Source: Promethearchaeota archaeon
Lineage (GTDB): Archaea; Asgardarchaeota; Heimdallarchaeia; Hodarchaeales; Hodarchaeaceae
Reading direction: 5' to 3'
Length of the DNA: 64,000 bases
NCBI GenBank assembly: GCA_048938105.1
Contig: JBHLMN010000009.1
Location: forward strand, 32,001 to 96,000
Part shown: in pieces, positions 1 through 9,900 of the stretch
How the letters are laid out: each line of letters begins with the position of its first letter
Position numbering within the stretch: the stretch's first letter is position 1
The notes under the pieces: generated by a model
What the model saw: only the letters and a program-made list of their open reading frames with translations
The model's database searches: none
What the model was told of the DNA's origin: nothing
Program-made: the position numbers and the translations under genes

Positions 1-1
1 T

Positions 2-586
2 TATGACCCTTGGAAAATATACATATACGAAAATTTGGGGTTTCATCAGACTGTTTCTTTTAAACTAATTGTACCAATAATCATCCAAGGTGGTTGTATA
101 TTTATAATATTATTCAAAACTGTCCATACTATTAGAAAAAAAATTGACCAGGAGTTCGTATTAACTGAAAAGCACCAGCAAAAGTATGTAAATAGCGATA
201 CTAAAAGCAAATCATCAGCAACAAGAAGACGAAATCTACAAACAAAAAAGAAACGCCTAAATCTTATTATCTATTCTTGGTTAATTGGTTTTTTTTTGGC
301 AGTCATAGGTTTAACACTTCCAAACCCTTATGGTTTTAATCTTGATGTAATAGGATCGTTAATAATAATTATTCCTCAGGCGTATATCCTAATAAAGGAT
401 AAGGAACTTTTGTTCTCTTTAAGAGTACAAAAAACGAAAGATAAAGCAATTAAGCTTCAAGAAAGCTTTTTCAAACTCCAACAGCAGGTTTCTCACCAAA
501 TCCTAGAGACGGAAGTTCAAGCTTTGGTTAAATTTATTGAGAAAGCTGACTCTCTATTATACTTTCAAGAGGAACATAATGTCTGA
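2..586 (+). CDS. Multi-pass membrane protein, 5'-truncated by the window edge, with a C-terminal cytoplasmic helix
   Basis: The frame is open from position 2 (YDPWKIYIYENLGF...), so the TTG at 35 is probably not the true start. Three hydrophobic segments, a long basic loop and a helical tail. Confidence 0.75.
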   Translation, partial: YDPWKIYIYENLGFHQTVSFKLIVPIIIQGGCIFIILFKTVHTIRKKIDQEFVLTEKHQQKYVNSDTKSKSSATRRRNLQTKKKRLNLIIYSWLIGFFLAVIGLTLPNPYGFNLDVIGSLIIIIPQAYILIKDKELLFSLRVQKTKDKAIKLQESFFKLQQQVSHQILETEVQALVKFIEKADSLLYFQEEHNV

Positions 587-623
587 ATAAACAATGTGTC
601 CTTTAATCCTATTTTTTTACTTT

Positions 624-1382
624 CTAACTTAATTTCTCTACCATATTACGTATTTTTTCAAATAGTTCAGAATCCTCACGAATAAGAAGATTATCCCAAA
701 AATCCATTTCTGGATCGAGGGGAATGGAGCCTAAAATTTTAATGTCAATATATTGTTTAAATTCTGAAGTTAAACTGTCCAATAGATTATTTACCTTTTC
801 AGAGGATCCATGTGGGACTTGATTATAAATTAAAAAGAATAACCGGGGTTTCAAGGTCTTTTTCAGCGCAGTATAGATAGTTTGAATAACATAAAGTGTA
901 ATATCCAAAGAATGAATCGTTGGCCGATGCACCAGAATTATTGAATCAGCTACTGTCAAGGCACTCACGCTACTCAAAGAGAGTTCAGGTGCTGTATCAA
1001 GAAATAATTTCTCGTATCCTAGTTTTTCCAGACTCTCCCGTAATTGAGAAAACTGCTGAAGAGCGACCCAATGCGGTTTTTCAGTCGTTCCTAATAATCC
1101 TTTACCTAATACTGGTTTAGGATTGGCATAAATAGCGTCAAGATTTGAAATAACGGTCGGATAAATGATTTCTTTCTCACTACTTCTGTTCAGTAAGAAA
1201 TCGTTTCCATATTTAATAGGAGGTATTTTGGAAGTTAAATTTGATTGAAAAGAGGGAGAACCAAAATCACAATCCATTACAATGGTTTTTATTCCTGCAC
1301 GAGCAGAAGCCACCGCCATATTTAAAGCAATAAAACTTTTTCCTGATCCTCCTCTGAAGCTGTGAGTAGCAATAATCTTCAT
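624..1382 (-). CDS. MinD/ParA-family P-loop ATPase
   Basis: N-terminal deviant Walker A HSFRGGSGKS, switch I MDCDFGSP, Walker B LFLDTAP, ADSIILV and C-terminal LGSIPLD. Confidence 0.9.
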   Translation of the reverse strand: MKIIATHSFRGGSGKSFIALNMAVASARAGIKTIVMDCDFGSPSFQSNLTSKIPPIKYGNDFLLNRSSEKEIIYPTVISNLDAIYANPKPVLGKGLLGTTEKPHWVALQQFSQLRESLEKLGYEKLFLDTAPELSLSSVSALTVADSIILVHRPTIHSLDITLYVIQTIYTALKKTLKPRLFFLIYNQVPHGSSEKVNNLLDSLTSEFKQYIDIKILGSIPLDPEMDFWDNLLIREDSELFEKIRNMVEKLS

Positions 1383-1407
1383 TCTAGTCCCCTTAATTCT
1401 CTGCTTC

Positions 1408-2079
1408 TTAGTGATCTAGCTGCTTCTCGACTTCAATCTTTCTTATTCTGTACTGGTTTATATTATCTTTTGTCTCACGTATTATTAATCCTCTGTTTAA
1501 TAAATAAAAGAGTCCGTTTTTAATTTCAATTTCGGATAGCTTGTCACTTTGAAGTAGACCTTGTTCAGTTAGGGGTTGTTGTTGTAAGAGAGTTACTCCG
1601 ATCATATGAGCAGCTCTATTCTCTTTACTAAGCTGTTCTAAGAAATTCGTATCATAGAGAGTTCGGGGGAATGTATAATAAACTGCCTTCTTTTCTTCAA
1701 AGCGTGTGAAACCCAGTTCACGACCATAAAATTTCAATAACTTCTTTTTTTGAACTAATTTCTCTGCACGAACGTATGCAGTATTATGGTGAATGTCAAG
1801 TTCCTCAGCGAGATCGATACGTGAAATAGGCATCCCGTGATTTGTTTCATCAAGTTTATTAATGGCATCCATGGTTTGTTGTAAGTACCCAACTAGCTCT
1901 GATTCCTCCTCAGGTTGTAATAAATCTGTAAAAAAGTCTAGTCGCGATGAAACATCTTCTATCATTTTGTTTAACTGAGAAATTTCGAAACGTATTTCTT
2001 CCAGTGTTTTCATGACGTCATTTACTGTCATTTCGGTGTTTGTTTTAGATTGCATAGAGTACATCGGCCCCAGCTTCAT
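1408..2079 (-). CDS. Putative DNA-binding protein: N-terminal coiled coil plus two winged-helix domains
   Basis: Heptad-like helix (LEEIRFEISQLNKMIEDVSSRL), HTH ISRIDLAEELDIHHNTAYVRAEKL and a second wH-like EIKNGLFYLLNRGLII...YRI. Ends 25 bp upstream of the ATPase on the same strand. Confidence 0.7.
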   Translation of the reverse strand: MKLGPMYSMQSKTNTEMTVNDVMKTLEEIRFEISQLNKMIEDVSSRLDFFTDLLQPEEESELVGYLQQTMDAINKLDETNHGMPISRIDLAEELDIHHNTAYVRAEKLVQKKKLLKFYGRELGFTRFEEKKAVYYTFPRTLYDTNFLEQLSKENRAAHMIGVTLLQQQPLTEQGLLQSDKLSEIEIKNGLFYLLNRGLIIRETKDNINQYRIRKIEVEKQLDH

Positions 2080-2254
2080 AAAATATCTTCATTTATAGAA
2101 TTCACCTGATATTTTTTTAAATATTATCATTCAATATATTCAAATATTTTTTGATTCAGTAATATTTTTAAATATATCGGTTAAGTTAAATATGTACTCG
2201 AAAAAATACTAGATTTCCAACAATTGACCTCCCTCTGAACAATATAAGCCTTGA

Positions 2255-5200
2255 TTGGGAGATGATACGTTGAAGAAGAGTCTAATAGGATTAATAATAA
2301 TTGTACCGTTAATCAATCGCTTTATTTATGAAAGAAAGGATAGAAGATTTATCTTCAGGAATTTTGTTGTTATTGGTTCAATATTCTTATTTATTTTCTC
2401 TGGGATATCAAATACTAATACAAGGGTATTGAATTCAAGGATTGGAATTGATACAACTCAGATAGGTAATATAGCACATGATACAAACAAGGGGAATGTT
2501 TTAGAGAGCATAGCTGCAAATTCAATTGAGTTATTAACACCTGAAAATAAAACATACCATGCACCTATGAGTGGCTATTATCCTGCCTCTTGGGGTTTTG
2601 AAAATAATGATCCTGGGATGGAGCCTTCTGATTGGTACCTTACACCTACAAATGGCAGTAGCTTCTATCGAGTTAATGCGGAATACGATGGCCATAAAAA
2701 CGTTCTAGAAATGCGAAAATATAATGGCACAACACAAGTTACGGTAATAAAGAACTTCTCATCAAGTGTTACTGCTGGAACCGTAGAATTCTGGCTCCAA
2801 AAAGATACGGGAGAGAGTGGAGTCCATCTTTCAGATCCTACACGATTTTTTTTGCTTAATTCTTCAGGTCATCCTCAGGTAGTATTTTTTGTTGAAAGAA
2901 TGGATCTTTATCCGTATAATTATATACCTACTTATGATGTTGTCCCAAAGGATACCTGGCATCATTTTCGAATAGATTTTGATGTTTCACAAGGTGGCTG
3001 GCAACTCCAGTTTAATAACTATCAGTTTGGCAGTGGGTATACCTTGCCCTTTTATTATCCAGTGGTGGATCATGTCTCAGGATTCCAAATGGCGTCGACC
3101 GACTTTGCAGATTTTTCGGATTATGGTGCCTATTTGGATGCTGTAGGCTATTCCTGGGATCCTGGCTATACTGTTGGGGATAATCTCAATGAAGGACTAC
3201 TACTGAGTTATTATACCCCTACCCCTCTAAATTGGACTGGCTACTCACTAGATGGGGGAACTAACGTCACAATTCTTGGAAATACAACCATTCCAATGCC
3301 ATCAGATGAAATTCATACTATTCAAGTTTTTGGCAATGATTCACTAGGTAATTGGTATTCCTCGGAGTTAAGACCCTTCCGATGCTCAGTATCCCTAAAT
3401 ATCTATACACCCGAAGAGAAAACATACCTTGCACCAATGAGCGGTTATTATCCTGCCACGTTTGGGTTCGAAAATGAAATCGATGGTACTGAAGGAACAA
3501 ATCTTGAGTTCATTGATGAATATTATCAACCAGGTGAGCAGAATGCATATATAATTGTCAATGATGGGCCATGGTATGACCATAACAACTTTTTGGTGGT
3601 TTATGATAGAGAAACTGCGTATAATACCTCTGGGGTTCATTATTTTGATAATCCTCCAACAACAGGGACAATAGAATTTTATAATTGTTATGCAGCAGAC
3701 TCAGATGGGTACCATTATTTCATTTTACGGGCTATGGATGATACTGCTGCAATTCAAATAAGAATTGATGTTGAAGGTATAGTTGAGTATTTTGACGGTA
3801 CTTCTTGGCATCTAATCTCGGATCAAGTGTATTATGAATGGTACCATCATTCAATCACATTTGATTGTAAAGCAGGCACAAAAGGACAATTTACTTGGAT
3901 CACAAGAGATACAGATGGAACTGAAGTGGGTCGAGTTGAAAATATTGACTTCTTAAATGATTTGAATACAATTGATGAATTGTATTTAGGAAGTGATGAT
4001 GCTGCAAATTTTGGAGTTACATATTGGGATGCTTTTGGGTTCAGCTGGGAACCTAATTATAATGTCGGAGATAATCTGGACGAAGGATTATTACTAAGTT
4101 ATTATACCCCAACACCCCTAGTTTGGACTGGTTATTCACTCAATGGAGGAACAAACATCACAATTCTTGGAAATACAACCATTCCAATGCCTTTCGATGG
4201 AACTCATACGATTCAAGTTTTTGGGAACGATTCAGCAGGTAATAGGTATTCCTCGGAGCTAAGATCTTTCCAAGTTGCGTCTATTGAGTTATTAACACCC
4301 GAAAATATAACCTACAATGCACCAATGGGCGGTTATTATCCTGCAACATTTGGGTTCGAAAATGAACTCCATAAAACTAGAGGAACAGATATTGAATTCA
4401 TTGATGAATGGTATGAAGCAGGTGAGGTAACAGAAATAGTGGTCTATGAAGGGCCATTGGACGGCCATTACAACTTTTTGGTCATAGCTGATGACATAGA
4501 TGCCTCTGGGGCAAATGCCTCTGGGGTCCATTATTTTGACAATCCTCCAACAACAGGGACAATAGAATTTTATAATTATTATTCAGTTCCTATGTCATTA
4601 GGATCCCATTATTTCATTTTACGGGATATAGATGATACTGTTGCAGTTCAAATAAGAATTAATACTGATGGAGGTAGAATTGAGTATTTTAACGGTACTT
4701 CTTGGCAAAATATCACGAATCAGGTTCCTATCACTTGGTACCATCATTCAATCACATTTGATTGTGAAGCAGGCTCAAATGGACGATTTACTTGGATCAC
4801 AAGAGATACAGATGGAACTGAAGTGGGCCGAGTGGAAAATATTGAATTCTTAAATGATTTAAATACAATTGATGAATTGTATTTAGGAAGTGATGATCCT
4901 GCAAATTTTGGAGACACACTATGGGATGCTTTTGGATTCAGTTGGGATCCTAATTATAATATCGGAGATAATCTGGACGAAGGATTGTTACTAAGTTATA
5001 ATACTCCCACACCCCTAGTTTGGACTGGTTATTCACTCAATGGAGGAACAAACATCACAATTCTTGGAAATACAACCATTCGAATGCCTTTAAGTGGAAC
5101 TCATACAATTCAAGTTTTTGGTAATGATTCGGCAGGTAATTGGTATTCCTCGGAACTGAGATCGTTCGAAACTATAACTCCCCCTAGTATCATTGGCCCA

Positions 5201-6961
5201 GCCGATTTTGCTATTGAGCTTGGTGACATAGGTAAAAACTTTTTATGGTCTCTTTCTGATCCTTATCCTGCTAATTATATAGTATATCGAAATGGGACAA
5301 TTTTCAAGGAAGAAAATTGGTCTGCAGTTGATCTTACTGTTTATATTTCGTTGGATAGACTATCAGAAGGAAACCATAATTTTACCTGTGTTGCAAGAAA
5401 TACATTTGACAGGATAGCCATTGATGAAGTCTGGATTACTGTTGGTCCTGATGAGACCCCACCCGACATTTCTTCTCCTTCTGATATTAGTTTTGAAGAA
5501 GGTTCTATTGGGTATTCAATTCTTTGGACTGGTTCTGACAACTTTCCCTGGTGGGCATCCGTCCATAGAAACGATTCCCTAATTTATGATCAAGCGTGGG
5601 TTGGAAATGACATCGAAATTTCTCTTGATAACCTCACAGCTGGATTATACATCTTCAATTGTACTCTCTTTGATGAACCAGGGAACTCGGCTTATGATAT
5701 TGTAGAGGTTAATGTAACTGAAGCTGTTCCAGATACTAGGCCACCAAAAGTAACAGCACCAGATCCCCTAGAGTTTGAGGAAGGAACTACAGGTCATATC
5801 CTCACCTGGATCTGTTCAGATGATCATCCATATGCCTATAAAATCCAGATAAACGATACTGATGAGCTTTTCAGCGCTTGGCGTGGAGGAAATGTTACTT
5901 TTACTGTAGATGATCTTCCTGTTGGTGTATGGGAAGTAAATCTCACTCTTTACGATCTCTCAGGTAACTTAGCTTCAAGTCCAGTAATCGTCACAGTCAA
6001 TCCAGAAGCCCCTGATACAACCGCTCCGACGGTTTCTCACCCTGCAGAGTTAATTATTGCTGAGAATACTGCTGGTACAATTGTCTGGGAAGTAAGCGAT
6101 AAACATCCAGACTGGTATACAATTTCTAGAAATGGAACAGTCATCTATGAACAACATTACTGGGTGTCAGGGATCATTCAATTTCATTTCACCTCATTAC
6201 CTCTTGGGACCTGGGAATTTAACTTAACTGTATGGGATGAGGCGGGAAATAGTGCATCGGGTATTGCAATCGTTAAAGTACTCCCTGGGAGTGCATTCGA
6301 TACTAATCCTCCAGAAATTTCCCAAGTAAAGGATATACAATATACCTATGGGACTACAAATAATTACCTCATTGTCTATCTATTTGACAAACATCCTCAG
6401 GGTTATTCAATCTCTATAACTACAGATACTAATATTACTGAACAAACATGGACCTCACCTAATATTCGGGTTGAAATTTGCTTAGATGGTTTAGCAGTGG
6501 GAAGTTATACAGTCACAATAACTGCTTGGGACACATTTGGTAATACGGAGGCAAGGACTGTTAAAGTAACTGTTCAGGGAGATGTCAACCCACCCACTAT
6601 TTCTTACCAACCTGATATTACCGCTTACGAAAATACTAATATCACGTTGACTTGGCAAGTATCTGACGAGTCTCCCTCTCATTTTGAGCTATTCATTTTG
6701 CCCGAGGGAAAAGTAAATCAATCAGGATCGTGGTCTGGTAATTCAATCAATATTACTCTGGGATATCTTCCTACTGGTACATATCAATATCAACTTATTG
6801 TTTATGATGCATCTGGTAACTATGCTGTGGATGATTTTACACTCACCGTGATTAAAAGTAGTAGGGTTCCAGGTTTTGAAATCCTCACTGCTGTGCTATT
6901 TTTACTATTTTTCACAAAATTTCGACTTTACTTCAATTTAAAAAGGAGGAAAGAAAAATGA
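2255..6961 (+). CDS. Giant cell-surface protein: three ~290-aa beta-sandwich (ConA/LamG-like) repeats, about six Ig-like repeats, PGF-CTERM anchor
   Basis: N-terminal hydrophobic segments. Three repeats bounded by TPENKTY.APM.GYYPA.FGFEN and WD..Y..GDNL.EGLLLSY. PP.I..P.D...W...D..GN repeats. C-terminus VPGF + TM + KRRKEK. Many N-x-S/T sequons. Confidence 0.85.
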   Translation: MGDDTLKKSLIGLIIIVPLINRFIYERKDRRFIFRNFVVIGSIFLFIFSGISNTNTRVLNSRIGIDTTQIGNIAHDTNKGNVLESIAANSIELLTPENKTYHAPMSGYYPASWGFENNDPGMEPSDWYLTPTNGSSFYRVNAEYDGHKNVLEMRKYNGTTQVTVIKNFSSSVTAGTVEFWLQKDTGESGVHLSDPTRFFLLNSSGHPQVVFFVERMDLYPYNYIPTYDVVPKDTWHHFRIDFDVSQGGWQLQFNNYQFGSGYTLPFYYPVVDHVSGFQMASTDFADFSDYGAYLDAVGYSWDPGYTVGDNLNEGLLLSYYTPTPLNWTGYSLDGGTNVTILGNTTIPMPSDEIHTIQVFGNDSLGNWYSSELRPFRCSVSLNIYTPEEKTYLAPMSGYYPATFGFENEIDGTEGTNLEFIDEYYQPGEQNAYIIVNDGPWYDHNNFLVVYDRETAYNTSGVHYFDNPPTTGTIEFYNCYAADSDGYHYFILRAMDDTAAIQIRIDVEGIVEYFDGTSWHLISDQVYYEWYHHSITFDCKAGTKGQFTWITRDTDGTEVGRVENIDFLNDLNTIDELYLGSDDAANFGVTYWDAFGFSWEPNYNVGDNLDEGLLLSYYTPTPLVWTGYSLNGGTNITILGNTTIPMPFDGTHTIQVFGNDSAGNRYSSELRSFQVASIELLTPENITYNAPMGGYYPATFGFENELHKTRGTDIEFIDEWYEAGEVTEIVVYEGPLDGHYNFLVIADDIDASGANASGVHYFDNPPTTGTIEFYNYYSVPMSLGSHYFILRDIDDTVAVQIRINTDGGRIEYFNGTSWQNITNQVPITWYHHSITFDCEAGSNGRFTWITRDTDGTEVGRVENIEFLNDLNTIDELYLGSDDPANFGDTLWDAFGFSWDPNYNIGDNLDEGLLLSYNTPTPLVWTGYSLNGGTNITILGNTTIRMPLSGTHTIQVFGNDSAGNWYSSELRSFETITPPSIIGPADFAIELGDIGKNFLWSLSDPYPANYIVYRNGTIFKEENWSAVDLTVYISLDRLSEGNHNFTCVARNTFDRIAIDEVWITVGPDETPPDISSPSDISFEEGSIGYSILWTGSDNFPWWASVHRNDSLIYDQAWVGNDIEISLDNLTAGLYIFNCTLFDEPGNSAYDIVEVNVTEAVPDTRPPKVTAPDPLEFEEGTTGHILTWICSDDHPYAYKIQINDTDELFSAWRGGNVTFTVDDLPVGVWEVNLTLYDLSGNLASSPVIVTVNPEAPDTTAPTVSHPAELIIAENTAGTIVWEVSDKHPDWYTISRNGTVIYEQHYWVSGIIQFHFTSLPLGTWEFNLTVWDEAGNSASGIAIVKVLPGSAFDTNPPEISQVKDIQYTYGTTNNYLIVYLFDKHPQGYSISITTDTNITEQTWTSPNIRVEICLDGLAVGSYTVTITAWDTFGNTEARTVKVTVQGDVNPPTISYQPDITAYENTNITLTWQVSDESPSHFELFILPEGKVNQSGSWSGNSINITLGYLPTGTYQYQLIVYDASGNYAVDDFTLTVIKSSRVPGFEILTAVLFLLFFTKFRLYFNLKRRKEK
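2521..5168 (+). repeat. Three intragenic tandem repeats of ~880 bp (about 2521-3381, 3394-4270, 4282-5168)
   Basis: Copies 2 and 3 share long identical DNA runs, e.g. acacccctagtttggactggttattcactcaatggaggaacaaacatcacaattcttggaaatacaaccattc near 4113 and 5010. Copy 1 has a diverged core. Confidence 0.9.
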
Positions 6962-9900
6962 GTTTTGTTCAGGAATTAAAATTTGGAGTTAAGAACCATA
7001 GGAACCTCATTTATGCGGTTTTTGCACTTTTGGTTCTTATTTCTCCAGTAGTAGCCCAGTTTTACACACCAGATATTGAACTCTCTGATTTTATACCCAT
7101 TCAAGTTCCAAGATTGATGAAACAAGATAATGGTCAGGCTAAATCGAAGGTACCTGATTATTTGTATAATTTCCTATCAGAAGAAGATCAAAAGAACCTG
7201 GAAACATATGGAGAATATTTGGAGTACCTTTCAGACGAAGACTTACAGATGCTAGAAACTTATAATGAATATTTACAACAACTTACAGATCCAAACCAAC
7301 AATCATCAAAAGCTTATGATTATTTTCTAAATTGTTGGAACCCTGTTGAAGAGACCATATCTGTCTCATCTGAAGAATTACCTAACTTTAGGGAATCACT
7401 TCAATCATTCTTCTTTAAAGACTGGGTCAAAAAACCATCCTATTCTTTAGAAGTCGAACCAGATGAAGAAGTTGAATCCATTAGCACTTCTGATGACCAT
7501 AAAATTGAAACTACTACCAGAGTAAGAAAAGATAACTGCGAATTAGTTGATACAACAATTATTTCTGAAAATAAAGAGATTCATCAAAGATCAGTGATTA
7601 CTGAAGATAGTGAGATTACTCAGATTTCAGAGATTTCTGGTAGACCCCGAATTCAGCTTATTGAACCTGATTTTTCAGGGTTTGATGATATTAGGATTCC
7701 AATCCACTCTAATGAAGAGGGTGGAAAGGGAGCTGGTCAAGCTGATTTAGAATGGGTCACTAAAACTATTGATGTAGAGATTGGTTATAAATTGTCTCTT
7801 TCTAATATCAAGGAAGACCTGAACTTTACTATAAAAAATTTTGTAAAATTCCAAGCATGGGCTATGTTTATAGTAACATTTCGTTTTGTTTTCCCTGTGA
7901 GGCTGATTATTGAATATCCTGCAGAAGTATTTGAAGGTCAAACTTACGATTTTAAAGTAACTCTTATTCCTCTTGATCTTCCTGACTATCCTGAGTTCAA
8001 GATTAAAGTCTTGTTATGGGCTGGCGTAAGACTGGATATAAAGTTACTGAAGCTTCAAGTGGTATGTAAACCACGATGGTATTGGGATATCTTCAAATGG
8101 AAATGGCGTAAAACAAAAAAGAAATTTTGTGGTCTTTCATTAAGCCCAGTGTGGAAGAATGTCTTTTATTTACCACTTGTACCAATGCATTCTTTCGAGA
8201 TTAATGATACTTTTCAAACACCTTTAGCGGGCGAATCAGCCACAATTGATCTTCATAGGGGTATGTGTAAGGTGGAAGATATAGGTGTAATAGAAGGGGG
8301 TGATATAGATCTTCTTCCCATCATTGCAGAAAAAGCACCGCATCCCGTGATCAAAATAGTTGCTGAAGTTTTATCTATTCTCATGAAACTGGGTCTCAGC
8401 CTTGGGTGGCTCGACGTATTTGGAAATGCAGTTACAGGAGAACTAGCTGTCTCAGCAGGTGATTCACCTAAATCCAAGAATACCGCGAGCTGGAATCATT
8501 CTGGCGAAGTAAATACCTTAGAATTTGGTATTCCTCATGAAGCAGGAGAATATCTTGGACTTTCCTTTGATAAAATGATATTCCATGCAAGAAAAATAAC
8601 CTGGATGCCAGAGTTTTTTATTTCCTTTAAAGATATCGATTTAAAATCAGTACTTGACTTTTTTTTGTCTAAATGGAAAAAAAATTTCAAATGGCCTGAA
8701 TGGCTCCCCAATCCCAAACTACTACGACTTAATGAATGGTTCGGTACATTTCGTACCCCAATCTCGAAAATTGACCTCGGAAAAAACATTCCTTCTAGAC
8801 ATTCATATGAGATATATAAACTTGCATCCAAAATAGTATCGGCAGATGTTTATGATTTCTTGATGGATGTTGAAGAAATCACTCCAGTTGGAGGACAAGG
8901 GGCATTAGCGACCGTTAATACATATGACCAGATGTATGAAATAACATTACAAAATCCAGCGGGTAGATACGATGTGATTGAACTAGAGGTTCAGGGATTA
9001 CCAGAAGGGTACACAGCTACTTTTGATAGAGCCAAACCCGTCTATAGTATTGATTCGTTTCCTACAACTGTGGATTTAATTGTTTCCCCCCCAGAATATA
9101 TCAAAGCGTCTCCAGGAGTGAAAACATTCAATGTTGTGGCAACAAGTCAAGCAAAACGGAGTCTAAATGTCCCAGATCCTACAATGACCAAATCTGCTAC
9201 TTTAACTGTTCCCTCTACTTCAGATTTCAGTCTTAATGTTGATTTAGGAACCGAAACAGCTAAAACCATCCAAATTAACTATGGAGATTATATCCCAATA
9301 AGGTTCTTAGGTGAAAACTTAGGTAATCAAAATGACACAATAACTGTAAACGCAACGCTTTATTCGCTAGATTCAACCCTAAGAAGTTGGGAAAACAGCT
9401 ACGCTGTTGATCCATATGGTTCAGGATCAAGTCAGTATTATTCAGGTGGGTATGGATTTACATATGATCGAGCTGATCTCTATCCCTCTCCAGGCGTTTA
9501 TGCGCTAGACATTGAAGCAACAAGTCAAAGGTCACCTACCAACATTAAGAAAGAACGATTGGCTCTTAATTTCACCACACATTATGATTTAGAAACTTCC
9601 ATTACTCCCGAGTCTACAACTATGTTTGCTAATTTTGGAACTAATTTCACATTCACATTAAAAAACATGGGACATACCGTGGACAACTATACACTGACAT
9701 CTAGCGGGTGGGATGATTATATTACTTTCCTCACAGGAAATAAAATCCTCGATCTCGCTCCTAATGATACTGAGGAAATAATAGTGGCGCTGAAAATACC
9801 AAAGTCAGAAGTTAATGATACAGATGCGGGAGTATATGATTTTCGAATTGCTGCATTATCTGATGGTAGCGGAGGAGCGATATTCTCATCAACAGATGTC

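Noticed and set aside
3394-5168. Near-identical repeats as a diversity-generating retroelement TR/VR pair
   Set aside because: Differences involve all four bases rather than only adenines, both copies are in-frame coding domains, and there is no reverse transcriptase in the window.
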